From: a bacterium
GTDB taxonomy: Bacteria; Bacteroidota; Ignavibacteria; UBA10030
DNA length: 64,000 nt
Assembly: GCA_043803945.1 (NCBI GenBank)
Contig: JAZDJN010000065.1
Coordinates: forward strand, 32,729-96,728
Direction: 5' to 3'
The translations under genes were made by a program, and so were the position numbers. This document shows, one piece after another, positions 49,000-59,200 of this stretch; position 1 is the stretch's first letter, and each line of letters starts with the position of its first letter. The notes below the pieces were generated by a model. That model was not told where the DNA came from. It saw only the letters and a list, made by a program, of their open reading frames with translations, and did not search any database.

Positions 49000-50214
49000 T
49001 TGAAACAGCACTTACAACATTTGGGTGTCATTGCAATTATCACCGCGATGGCAGCCTCTCTTGCTCTTGGCAGTGGATTCCAATTGAATGAGCACGGTGC
49101 CAGAGCGATGGCGCTTGGAGGAGCATTCACGGCTCGTGCCAGTGACCTCTCAGCCCTTTATTTCAATCCGGCTGGGCTCGCTTACATGAAAGGCGGGCAT
49201 GCAACATTAGGAACGACTCTCATTATGCCTCGTTCGAGCTTTTACGGCCCCACCCAACTCAACACCAACACAGAGACGAAGATGGTCAATCAGCTCTTTA
49301 CACCGATCAATGTTGGTGTCTCGTATGAACTTGCCGATGGATTGGTTGCCGCAATTGGTGTGAACAATCCCTATGGCTTGGGAACCGAATGGCCGGAGGA
49401 TTGGGCTGGAAAATTCATTTCCACCAAAATCGACTTAATGACATTTTTCATCTCTCCGACAATTGCCTACCAGGTGACAGAGGATCTCTCCGTGGGTGTT
49501 GGCTTGAACTATGTCATCGGAAACGTCGATATCAACAGGGTTGTGAGCGATCCTTTCGATCCTCATGCAAAGGTCAAAATCAGCGCCTCCGACGATGGGA
49601 TGGGATTCAATGTCGGTGCAATGTATAAGTTCTCACCTGCATTTTCTATCGGCGCCGCCTATCGCAGCGAAGTGAAGATCGAAGCAACGGGCACTGCCGA
49701 GTTTACACCAAATCGCTCCATTTATCCCGGCGGGGATATGTCCGCAGCCTTGACACTGCCCGCTAATGCTTTTGTCGGTATCGCCGTAACACCGATGGAA
49801 GATTTAACACTTTCTGCCGACTACCAATTTGTCGGATGGTCCTCCTATAAAGAGCTGAAAATTGAATTCAAAAAGGACAATTCAACATCGGTATCTCCAA
49901 AGGATTATGAGGACTCCTATGTCATCCGTTTAGGCGCCGAATACACAATGAACGATCTTCAGCTTCGAGCGGGATATCTTTATGACAAAAGCCCGGTAAA
50001 GGATAAATACGTTGAGCCTCTGCTACCGGATGCTAGCCGGAATGGTTTCAATGTTGGATTTGGATATAAGCTCTCCGAAAATATCAGTGTCGATTTCGGA
50101 TACTTCTTCCTGAAAATGGATCAGCGGAAGGCAATCGGTACCGAAGTCAATTTTGATGGAACCTATAACCAGTATGCTCATCTGATCGGATTCAATCTAA
50201 ACTACACCTTCTAA
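49000..50214 (+). CDS. OmpP1/FadL family long-chain fatty acid transport outer-membrane protein
   Basis: TTG start after AAGGAGG; SGFQLNEHGARAMALGGA, YFNPAGL, PYGLGTEW, terminal YTF. Confidence 0.88.
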   Translation: MKQHLQHLGVIAIITAMAASLALGSGFQLNEHGARAMALGGAFTARASDLSALYFNPAGLAYMKGGHATLGTTLIMPRSSFYGPTQLNTNTETKMVNQLFTPINVGVSYELADGLVAAIGVNNPYGLGTEWPEDWAGKFISTKIDLMTFFISPTIAYQVTEDLSVGVGLNYVIGNVDINRVVSDPFDPHAKVKISASDDGMGFNVGAMYKFSPAFSIGAAYRSEVKIEATGTAEFTPNRSIYPGGDMSAALTLPANAFVGIAVTPMEDLTLSADYQFVGWSSYKELKIEFKKDNSTSVSPKDYEDSYVIRLGAEYTMNDLQLRAGYLYDKSPVKDKYVEPLLPDASRNGFNVGFGYKLSENISVDFGYFFLKMDQRKAIGTEVNFDGTYNQYAHLIGFNLNYTF

Positions 50215-50256
50215 GAGCATTCAACTTGAAACTCACATAGACTTCTTGGAGACTTT

Positions 50257-51699
50257 ATGAAACATTTACTCAGTATCTCACTTATTCTTTTCGCACTTGC
50301 GCTCGGCCTCTTCAGCGGGTGCACGGACTCTGTACCTTCCGGACCGGAAGCGTCGTTGGGTTCCAATACCATCACCAAATACGTTGCCATTGGCAACAGC
50401 CTTACCGCGGGATATCAATCCGGTGCTCTCTATAAATCAGCGCAGGATTACAGTTATCCCAACTTGATTGCTCAACAGCTTAAAGTTGCCGGTGCGAACC
50501 TCGGCAGCTTTGAACAGCCAATTTATTCTAATCCGGGAAATCCAGATGCAACAGGTAAAGCAGCCCAAATCGAACTCATCAGCCTAACCGGACCAGTGAT
50601 TGCACCGCGAGGAGTAGCGGCTGGTTCACCGACAAACACTGCTTTAGCCCGCCCTTATGACAACCTAGGCATTCCCGGAATTCCTTTGTTGGGATTCCTC
50701 GATGAGACAGGTGTCTATAACGGGGTCAACAGCGGACTCGGTGCGCTGGTTCTCCGCACAACCGGGGGATTTCCAAAAAGCGTTTACAAACAGGCACAAT
50801 TACTCAACCCCAATCTGATCACGTTTTGGTTAGGAGCAAATGACGTACTCGGCTTTGCGACCACGGGTGGAACAAGCCCGAGCACTCCAACAGACAAGGC
50901 AATCTTTACCGCTCTTTACACACAAGCATTCGCGGCTTTACGCACTTCATTTCCGAATGCAAAAATTGTTGTCGGCAATATTCCTGATGTGAAAGCAGTA
51001 CCGTTCTTCACAACGGTCGGCCCATCAATCCTTGCTAAAACAGGTGGTGCTGTAACTCTCTACTATCAAAAACGCGGTGAGACCGGTGTTGCGACAGGCA
51101 CATCTAAGCTGAATGAATCCAATGCTCCTTTTATCACTTTGAAAGGAATGTCATACGCAAGCTTTTTAGGAGTGCCAAACGGTCAATTCTATCGTGATAA
51201 TAAATTCCCTGCCTTACCGCCGGGAATCGATACCACGAAACCTTTTGGCGCTCATCCGCAGAATCCATGGCCAAATGCACTTGTGCTTGATTCAGATGAA
51301 CAAACAATGGCTACTCAAGCCGTCGCTGATTTCAACAGTGCAATTGCAACCATTGCTGCGGCAAATGGCGCTATTGTTGTTGACTTTTTCTCAATCTTCA
51401 ATAACATTAAAGCGAATGGATATGCAATTGCGGGTGAGATATATAAGGCCGATTTTGTTACCGGTGCACTCTTCAGCCTGGATGGTGTGCATCCCTCCTC
51501 ACGCGGGTATGGCATTGTAGCCAATGAGTATATTAAGAAAATGAACTCAAGCTTTGGCATGACCATTCCGTATGTTGACATATCGACAATTCCTGGTATC
51601 CCTGCCCCATTAGCAAAAGCAGCCCCAGGACAGTTCCCAATAATTCCAGCCGATGCGTTCAAATCGTTCGATTGGCTGTTCAAGTCATCAATTGAATAG
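50257..51699 (+). CDS. SGNH/GDSL hydrolase family lipoprotein
   Basis: Lipobox FSGC, AIGNSLTAG, WLGAND, FSLDGVHP. Confidence 0.88.
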   Translation: MKHLLSISLILFALALGLFSGCTDSVPSGPEASLGSNTITKYVAIGNSLTAGYQSGALYKSAQDYSYPNLIAQQLKVAGANLGSFEQPIYSNPGNPDATGKAAQIELISLTGPVIAPRGVAAGSPTNTALARPYDNLGIPGIPLLGFLDETGVYNGVNSGLGALVLRTTGGFPKSVYKQAQLLNPNLITFWLGANDVLGFATTGGTSPSTPTDKAIFTALYTQAFAALRTSFPNAKIVVGNIPDVKAVPFFTTVGPSILAKTGGAVTLYYQKRGETGVATGTSKLNESNAPFITLKGMSYASFLGVPNGQFYRDNKFPALPPGIDTTKPFGAHPQNPWPNALVLDSDEQTMATQAVADFNSAIATIAAANGAIVVDFFSIFNNIKANGYAIAGEIYKADFVTGALFSLDGVHPSSRGYGIVANEYIKKMNSSFGMTIPYVDISTIPGIPAPLAKAAPGQFPIIPADAFKSFDWLFKSSIE

Positions 51700-51721
51700 A
51701 CATTAAAGCTTTAAGAAAGAC

Positions 51722-51756
51722 AAAAAGCCTGAGAGGTTTTCTCTCAGGCTTTTTTT
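51722..51756. terminator. Bidirectional rho-independent terminator
   Basis: AAAAAGCCTGAGAG/CTCTCAGGCTTTTTTT between convergent genes. Confidence 0.85.
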
Positions 51757-51763
51757 ATTCTGA

Positions 51764-51813
51764 AAAAGTCTGACATCTCTCGCTTGGTTATCTGAGGAAG
51801 ATGTCAGACTTTT
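51764..51813. repeat. REP-like hairpin with 15-bp perfect arms
   Basis: AAAAGTCTGACATCT ... AGATGTCAGACTTTT; similar in design to 56059-56108. Confidence 0.55.
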
Positions 51814-51816
51814 ACA

Positions 51817-52293
51817 TTAATTCAGGAGTTTCAGATTGATGACCAGTTCCACCTCTGTGCCCTTCTTTGTCACTTTGAATTTGACATCATCCATTAAGGA
51901 GCGCATCAGGAAGATTCCGCGGCCGCTGGTTTTCAGCAAGTTCTTTTCCTCGATTGGATTGGGGACAGAACTCGGATCAAATCCCGAACCCTCATCCCGA
52001 ACTTTCAGAACGAATCGTTTATCCTTCAGGATGCAGCAGACATAGGCATGCTTGGCGGGATCAGATTTATTGGCATGGAGAATGGCGTTATTCACCGCTT
52101 CAGTTCCGGCAACCAGCAGCCGGTACATGGTGCCGTCATCAAGACGGGCAACTTCATTGACCGACTGGAGAAAATCCTCCATCTTGCGGATTTCCTTGGG
52201 GTCGCTGCGCAACATAAGCTCAAAGGTTTTCTGGCCGGCGGCTTTTTTCTTTCGGAGTGTTTGGCTTGCACTCTTCTTTGGTTTCTTCATCAA
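51817..52293 (-). CDS. Anti-sigma factor / RsbW-like HATPase_c protein
   Basis: EAVNNAILH, VRDEGSGFD, GRGIFLMRSLMD.V. Confidence 0.88.
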   Translation of the reverse strand: MMKKPKKSASQTLRKKKAAGQKTFELMLRSDPKEIRKMEDFLQSVNEVARLDDGTMYRLLVAGTEAVNNAILHANKSDPAKHAYVCCILKDKRFVLKVRDEGSGFDPSSVPNPIEEKNLLKTSGRGIFLMRSLMDDVKFKVTKKGTEVELVINLKLLN

Positions 52294-54239
52294 AGCTCCA
52301 TCGAGACACTAAGCGAAAGATTCGGGATTGTCCGGAACGATTTACCATCGAGTGATTGCGACTCGTTCCATCCTTCTAACATTATTTGCTGGCGACTAAT
52401 TCCTGTCCAGGAGAGGCTCACGGTAGGCCCATTTGTTTCAAGTCGTTGTTCGAACCGACGCTGTGCTTGTCGATAGGAATAACGGTCCTGCCTGAAGAAT
52501 CGAAATCCTACTCCAAGTTGAACAGTTTTGGCGGCTTTCATCAGCAGACGCGACCAATAGGTCTGCTCTATGAAATATCCCTGCGGCCGCTCCTTAAAAT
52601 CATCCCATAGCAAGATTCCCCGTTGATAGACTCTTGCTTCACCTACGAAGTGAAAGTGAAAAAGGTTGCTGATCACGATCGTCGTTGAATCGGACCATGC
52701 TGCCTGCCGAAAGGAGAAGCTTTTTGTCAGTGATGCGGCATCCTCAAAATCAAATACTGTATAATTTGCCAGCACCTCGGCCCGATTTGAACTCCGGATC
52801 CAGGAGGCGGGTGTATAGTCCAGCGAAGGGGCAAAGCGAAGAATCCTGTTCCAATTATTGCTTGCACTTTGCAGCCTGTTCAGATAGACCAGATGGGCCA
52901 GCGTCGCATCCACACTTAAGCCGATAGTGAGATAACGATTTATCCTGTGCGACGAACTAATGCCAAATGTCAGGAGCAGCTCATCGCGATCATCGATATT
53001 GAGTGTATCAGGAGTATCGTAACGCAAAATGGATGCCGACCCGGCAACGTTCAACGAGTCTGATGGAGTAATTTGCAGGCGCAGACTCGAAGTTAGTGCC
53101 GTGCGCCGGGAAACATTCTCAAGGCGGCGTTCACTCCGTTTCTGCCGTTCAAACAACTGATAGAGATCTTCGCCTCCTTCCTCTTTGACTCCGTGCGACT
53201 CTTCTCTTTCCTGGTACGTCGCCATAAAATCCATGCCCACCCATTGAGCAAGTTCAAACCGTGTATAAAACCGACCGAATAGTTGAAACTCCTGAATTCG
53301 GGTATTGAACACGATACCGGACGGAGATGAATAATTTTTATACCGGTATCCCCTGTCGATGGTGCGGTTCAGTACAGCTCCCTCCAACAGAAATTCCACC
53401 TCATCACTCAGTTGATACCGCAAACTGTCTGCAATCTGAATTCCCCAGACATTACGCTGAAAAATATTATTGGTGATCTGGTAAAGTGATCGTACCGCCT
53501 CATCTGCCCGCGTATAGAATTCCCGACGTTGTTTCGTAATGCTTACACCCATAACATTTTTTGTTCGATCCCCAAACTCCCGCTCAATTGTGAGATTCAA
53601 TTCTCCTGCATCAATCGTCCGGGGCGATAATACTGCCTGCTGCCATCGGCCATTGACTGAGGAGGTGAATTCCTCAACCCGCAGCGATCGTGCTTCCCCT
53701 TCGACGAGATAAGAGAACCCCCGATCCTGCTCACCCTGCTGCGCATCAACTTCATAGCCGCCCAAACCAGAAATGGAGAGCCATCGCGCGGGTGTGACTT
53801 CAAATCCGAGCAGGGCTGAATGCTGTGCGAGCTTATTCAGGTCAACAGCCTGGTTATCCGACAACGCCGACGAAGAGAGACGGGCCACCACATTCCATTG
53901 ATCCCTGAAGGGTGACCGGAGATTCAATGTAGTCTGATACTCATCCTGTATTGCACGCTGTTCGGCCCGAATGAGCCGGGAGCGGAGATGCTGTTGAAGG
54001 TTCATCTGCAGCCCACCCATCTCCTCGGCAACGTAGAGGCCCCCATCCCAGAGAAATGTGTTGAGGAGGCGTTCGAAACTCAGTGTTGACACTCTCATAC
54101 TATCGCGGGAAAAAAGAAATGCCTGCCTACTCATCTCCTGGGCATTCATGCTCATAGTCATACCAATGATCACACAGATGATCGCTGGTATCCAACGATG
54201 CTTGTTCAACGACGTGCCATTGCCATTATTGTATCCCAC
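52290..54239 (-). CDS. Hypothetical secreted protein, probable outer-membrane beta-barrel
   Basis: Signal peptide, alternating amphipathic strands, strand-like C-terminus; exact start uncertain. Confidence 0.6.
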   Translation of the reverse strand: MGYNNGNGTSLNKHRWIPAIICVIIGMTMSMNAQEMSRQAFLFSRDSMRVSTLSFERLLNTFLWDGGLYVAEEMGGLQMNLQQHLRSRLIRAEQRAIQDEYQTTLNLRSPFRDQWNVVARLSSSALSDNQAVDLNKLAQHSALLGFEVTPARWLSISGLGGYEVDAQQGEQDRGFSYLVEGEARSLRVEEFTSSVNGRWQQAVLSPRTIDAGELNLTIEREFGDRTKNVMGVSITKQRREFYTRADEAVRSLYQITNNIFQRNVWGIQIADSLRYQLSDEVEFLLEGAVLNRTIDRGYRYKNYSSPSGIVFNTRIQEFQLFGRFYTRFELAQWVGMDFMATYQEREESHGVKEEGGEDLYQLFERQKRSERRLENVSRRTALTSSLRLQITPSDSLNVAGSASILRYDTPDTLNIDDRDELLLTFGISSSHRINRYLTIGLSVDATLAHLVYLNRLQSASNNWNRILRFAPSLDYTPASWIRSSNRAEVLANYTVFDFEDAASLTKSFSFRQAAWSDSTTIVISNLFHFHFVGEARVYQRGILLWDDFKERPQGYFIEQTYWSRLLMKAAKTVQLGVGFRFFRQDRYSYRQAQRRFEQRLETNGPTVSLSWTGISRQQIMLEGWNESQSLDGKSFRTIPNLSLSVSMEL

Positions 54240-54525
54240 TCATTCATCTCAAGCAGCCCATTTTTATAAGGAGTTTGATCCATAGCTCATACTTCGGCGC
54301 AAAAATCCCTTTGGCTATTATCTTGATTTGATACAATCTTATAAAAACGTCTCCGGGCTTTAGCCCCTTTGAATTTGGTGGTTAACATGAGTCATTCATG
54401 TTGAAGAAAAACCGAGTTTTCCCTCTTCGCCTCAACTCGCTATTTGATCAGAGTTTCGAGAGAACGAAAAACAGATTCTTTATATTCCTCTCCGAAGTCC
54501 TCTCCTATCCTATCAAGATACTGAG

Positions 54526-55923
54526 TTAAGAGAGTTCAACCTTCTCTCCCCGATCGGGGATAAAGATACCGGTATACTGCTTCTCCTGGAGGAGAGCTTG
54601 AAGTTTCTGTGCCTGTGTCAATTCTCCATGGACTAAGAATATTTTTTTCATCCTGTTCCGATCCATGTCTTCGATATAGTGAAGCAGTTCATCCTGACCG
54701 GCATGTGCAGAGAAGGAATTGAGGACCACCACTTCTGCCTTCAGAAAATGCCCTTCGCCGAGCATGCGAATTTCAGGAGCTTTCTCCACCAGCCTTCTTC
54801 CCAGTGTATGTTCTGCCATAAAGCCGATCACCAGCACCGTATTGCGGGCATCGCCGATGGAGTTGGAAAGATGGTGAACGATCCTTCCGGCTTCACACAT
54901 TCCCGAAGCAGAAATGATCATGCAGGGCTCCTTCAGATCATTCAGTTTCTTTGATTCTTCAACATTACGAATATAGCGTAACCGGCCAAAGCCGAATGGA
55001 TCTTCATGCTGTTGGATGTACGCACTTGTCTCTTCATCAAAGCATTCCGGATGTTTTCGAAAGACCTCAGTTGCATTGACCGCCAGCGGGCTGTCGACAT
55101 AGATCGGGATCGATGGAAGCCGTCCGTCATCATAGAGTTTAAACAGCACATACAGAAACTCCTGTGTTTTTCCAACACTGAAGGCCGGAACAATAATTTT
55201 TCCACCCCGCTTTACTGTTCTGTTCATCACCTCGAGCAGCGCATTCTCCATGCCGAGAACCGGATCGTGGCTTTTACCTCCGTACGTGCTCTCCGAGATG
55301 AAGACATCGACAGCACCAATCGGATCGGGGTCTTTGAGGATCGGCATGTTTTTTCGGCCCAGGTCGCCTGTGAAGCCCAGGGTTATCTTTCTGCCATGTT
55401 CCTCTAGTTCAATACGCGTGACCGCCGAGCCGAGGATATGCCCGGCATCATGGAAACTGATGACGACACCCCCGGCAACTTCAATTTCTTTTCGATAGTC
55501 AACACCGGTCATTTGGCTCATTGTTTGATCCACATCTTCCGCCGTATAAAGTGGATCGACCGCCGGTTCATTTCGCTTTGCATGTTTCTTGTTGACAAAT
55601 TCAGAATCGCGTTCCTGGATATACGCGCTGTCATACAGCATCACGTGGCAGAGGTCATGCGTTGCCAATGTGCAATAGATCGGCCCTTCAAATCCATTCC
55701 GTACGAGATTAGGGAGATTGCCGGCATGATCGATGTGGGCGTGGGAAAGAACCACTGCATCGATCGTGGAAGCATCAAAGGGAAACCTTTTATTCCGTTC
55801 GTACGATTCCGCCCGCCGGCCCTGGAATAATCCACAATCGAGCAGGACACGGCTCCCGTTCACACTGATGAGATGCATGGAGCCCGTGACAGTTCGAGCA
55901 GCACCGAGAAATTGAAGTTGCAT
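54526..55923 (-). CDS. MBL-fold metallo-hydrolase, beta-CASP RNA-processing family
   Basis: MQLQFLGAARTVTGS, DCGLFQG, SHAHIDH, AGHILGS, TGDLG, ESTYG, SASGMCEAGRI.HH, FSAHA, LVHGE. Confidence 0.93.
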   Translation of the reverse strand: MQLQFLGAARTVTGSMHLISVNGSRVLLDCGLFQGRRAESYERNKRFPFDASTIDAVVLSHAHIDHAGNLPNLVRNGFEGPIYCTLATHDLCHVMLYDSAYIQERDSEFVNKKHAKRNEPAVDPLYTAEDVDQTMSQMTGVDYRKEIEVAGGVVISFHDAGHILGSAVTRIELEEHGRKITLGFTGDLGRKNMPILKDPDPIGAVDVFISESTYGGKSHDPVLGMENALLEVMNRTVKRGGKIIVPAFSVGKTQEFLYVLFKLYDDGRLPSIPIYVDSPLAVNATEVFRKHPECFDEETSAYIQQHEDPFGFGRLRYIRNVEESKKLNDLKEPCMIISASGMCEAGRIVHHLSNSIGDARNTVLVIGFMAEHTLGRRLVEKAPEIRMLGEGHFLKAEVVVLNSFSAHAGQDELLHYIEDMDRNRMKKIFLVHGELTQAQKLQALLQEKQYTGIFIPDRGEKVELS

Positions 55924-56058
55924 GTTGATCCTCTCCGTATATTTTTGGGCAAAGTAGGCAGAAGAGTCATGAAATGCAATGTATGGAAATGCGAGATGGG
56001 TAATTTTGAATGCGGAATGAGGTATACGAAATAAAAAGAAAACAGCGATCCCAGAGAT

Positions 56059-56108
56059 AGAAGTCCGTCTTTTCACTTTGATCAAACAATGGAAAAAGAC
56101 GGACTTCT
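56059..56108. repeat. REP-like hairpin
   Basis: AGAAGTCCGTCTTTT ... AAAAGACGGACTTCT. Confidence 0.55.
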
Positions 56109-56218
56109 TAACGCGAAGCTTTGCCCGTAATCTGCAGCCTGCCTTCTGCAATCTCTCATATTTATTACTTTATACTTTATACTTACTACTTCTTACTTCC
56201 TCGTACGTCTCACCCAGA

Positions 56219-59200
56219 CTATTTTAACATTATCATTTTCTTCGCGCTCTGGAAGTCGCCGGCAATCATTCTGTAATAGTACGCGCCAGTCGCCAGTCGT
56301 CGACCCTGCTCATCAGTTCCATCCCACTTCACGAGATAAACACCTTCCGCCTTGCTAGCAACGACCAGGGTCTTAACTTTCTGACCCATCGTATTGAACA
56401 CTTCAATGGTTACCTGTGCCAGGCCGTTCGGAATCTGCGTCACTTCATACCTGATGTTGGTCTGTGCATTGAATGGATTTGGATAATTCTGATGCAAGAC
56501 AAAGTCCACAGGAATTTCGCCGGTGTTGGCTTTCCGCTTATCAATCAATCCTCTGAGCAGCCGGTCGGCCTGGACTTGATTATCACCCTTACTCACAATC
56601 AGATCGCCACTCACCATCTGTTCAATATCATTTATAGAAGCTGGCAGCCTGAAGATCGGTTGATCTTCTCCCGCCGGAATCGCAATATTATCGAGATTAT
56701 ACCCGACAATATGCATCATATTATCCTTGACGTTCACATAGAACGAATTCATCTTCGCGATATCGTAGATGACCTCGGGCCGGGTGATTGAGATATTATT
56801 TTTCAATCGCACTGTAAGGTCGACACCTTTTACCGGCAAGGAGTTGGTAATCTTGAAGATGAGCCCCTGTTCGGATCCGACGAAGGTACCACGAACATCG
56901 CTATCATATCCCCTCTTGATATTCGGATTGAGATCGATGGAATCCAGAATGGTGGCTGCCGCTGAATCCTCAACGATCATGCCCAGTACAATCGAATGCA
57001 ACGAATCATGTGTCAGGAGAAATTGTCTGATGCTCTGGACGTCGAGCAGGTTAATTCTGCCATCCATGTTCACGTCGGCTCTGACGGAATCCACCCCAGT
57101 CAGAGGAGGTATTCTGCCCAGAAGTTGATCGATGATCGTCGTAATATCGGCAACGTTGTATTCCGCCGCTGTCTGGAACACCTCACTGATGAGCCTTGTC
57201 GCCACTGCGTTGAATGTAATATTCTTCCCTGGCAGCGCCGTACTTGTGGCTGTGACCGTATAGAGACCGATCTGATCACCAAGTGTGAGGTAGGCTCCGA
57301 CTGCTCCGTCCACACCGCTGATATCCCTGACGATACGGAGCTGTTCCTTGGCAGCGTTTGCCGGCTTCCCGATGATTATGAATTGAACCGCCGTACCCTG
57401 AACCGGATTGCCGCCTTCATCGACCAATTGAGCAACGAAGGGCCGTGCCAATTCAGTCAATGTGAATTCAATTTGACTATCTCCAGAAGCAAGGAGAATG
57501 TTTGCAGGAGCACCGGCTGTTGCCGTCGCAGTAAAGAGCACCGGGCTTCCGTTCAGTGCAGGAGCACTCGCACTGACGTGGTAGCTGCCCACCTTGCTGC
57601 CTAACCGCAACCGGGCCGATGCGAGGCCAAGTGAATCCGTGACCGGCTGAACATCGAGGAACAACTGTCCCACTGTACCTTCCGGTACTTCGTCGATCTT
57701 GAAGGCAACAGTTGCCCCGCGAACGGCATTATCACCAATGTCTGTTACTTTCACACTCAACTCTGTCTCAAGCAGATTGTTGATCATCTTCGACTGCTTA
57801 TCGCCTGCAAAGTATGTCAATGTCTTCGCAACACCATGAGTTGCCAGTACGCGGAATTTCACCGTATCCATCGAGTTGCTGGTCGTCGCAATCACACGGT
57901 AGATGCCAACCTTGTTACCTACACTGATCTGAGCAATTGCCTGGCCCTGCGTATTCGTCTGGACACTCTGCTGCAATGGTCTATATCCGGTTGCTCCCTG
58001 AGGTACACTATCGATCGCAAAGCTTACCGTGGTGTTGGCGAGTGGAGTACCATTCGCATTCACCAGTGTCGCAACAAGATTTGCATTCAATTGACTGAGA
58101 ATTGGGATGCTCTGGCCTGTTCCTGCTGTGGCCACCAGCTTCGAAGACATCGATGCCGACTGTGCGGTCAGCCTGAATCGTACTGGGCTTCCACTCAATC
58201 CACCTGAAGATGCCGCGATGACATACACTCCGGCCTGATCGCCAAATCGATAGAATGTCCATGCCCTTCCGGCTTGATCTGTTGTGGCAGAGGCAGTGGT
58301 AAGACTGTCATCCTTTGCACCAAGCGGTTTCGATTCAACGCCGTATGTGATCCTTACATCCGGAACCGGGTTATTAAAGGCATCATTTACCTGCACGGCA
58401 AGACTATCCTTCAGGAACTTCAGAGCAAAGTCGCTCTGCAGATCGCCGGAGACCTTGGCTAACATCACCGGAGCACCGGCTGTCGCTCGTGCTGTAAATG
58501 TCACCGGGCTTCCCACGAGGCCGGTTGACGTACCCGTTACAGTATAGAGACCGACCTTGGTGCCAAATGTTAACGTGGTTTGTGCAAAGCCGAGTGTATC
58601 GGTTACCACCATCAACTGACTCAACGATTCACCTGTTGTCGAACCAGGTTTCGATAGGATCGTAAATTGCACGGCTGTGTTCACAACCGGATTCTCGAAC
58701 CTATCCATCACTATCGCAGTGAAGGATTTTGCCAATGTGGTTACGACAGATTGCACCTGAGCATCACCAGAGACCTTTGCCAGCGAGGCTGCAGTGGCTG
58801 CTGTTGCGCGGGCAGTGTACGCCGCCGGACTTCCTGTGAGACCTATGGAAGTTGCCGCCACAGTATAGAGGCCGATCTTCGTTCCGAGTTTCAGTGTCGT
58901 TTGTGCAAAGCCAAGCGAATCAGTTCTTACTGATGTTTCTGTCAACGACTCATCAATCGAAGAACCAGGTTTTGCAGCGATCGCGAATTGTACCAAAGCA
59001 TTCTCAATCGGATTGCCAAAAGCATCCGTGACACTTGCGATATATGGATTGATTAGTGTGGTCACAACAGGCTGCACCTGCCCCTCGCCCGATATTCTTG
59101 CAAGAATCTTCGCAGGTCCGGCAATGGCTTTTATCGTAAACGTCACCGGACTACCAAGAGCATTTCCATGATTAGCTTCGATTTTATAGAGTCCGACCTT

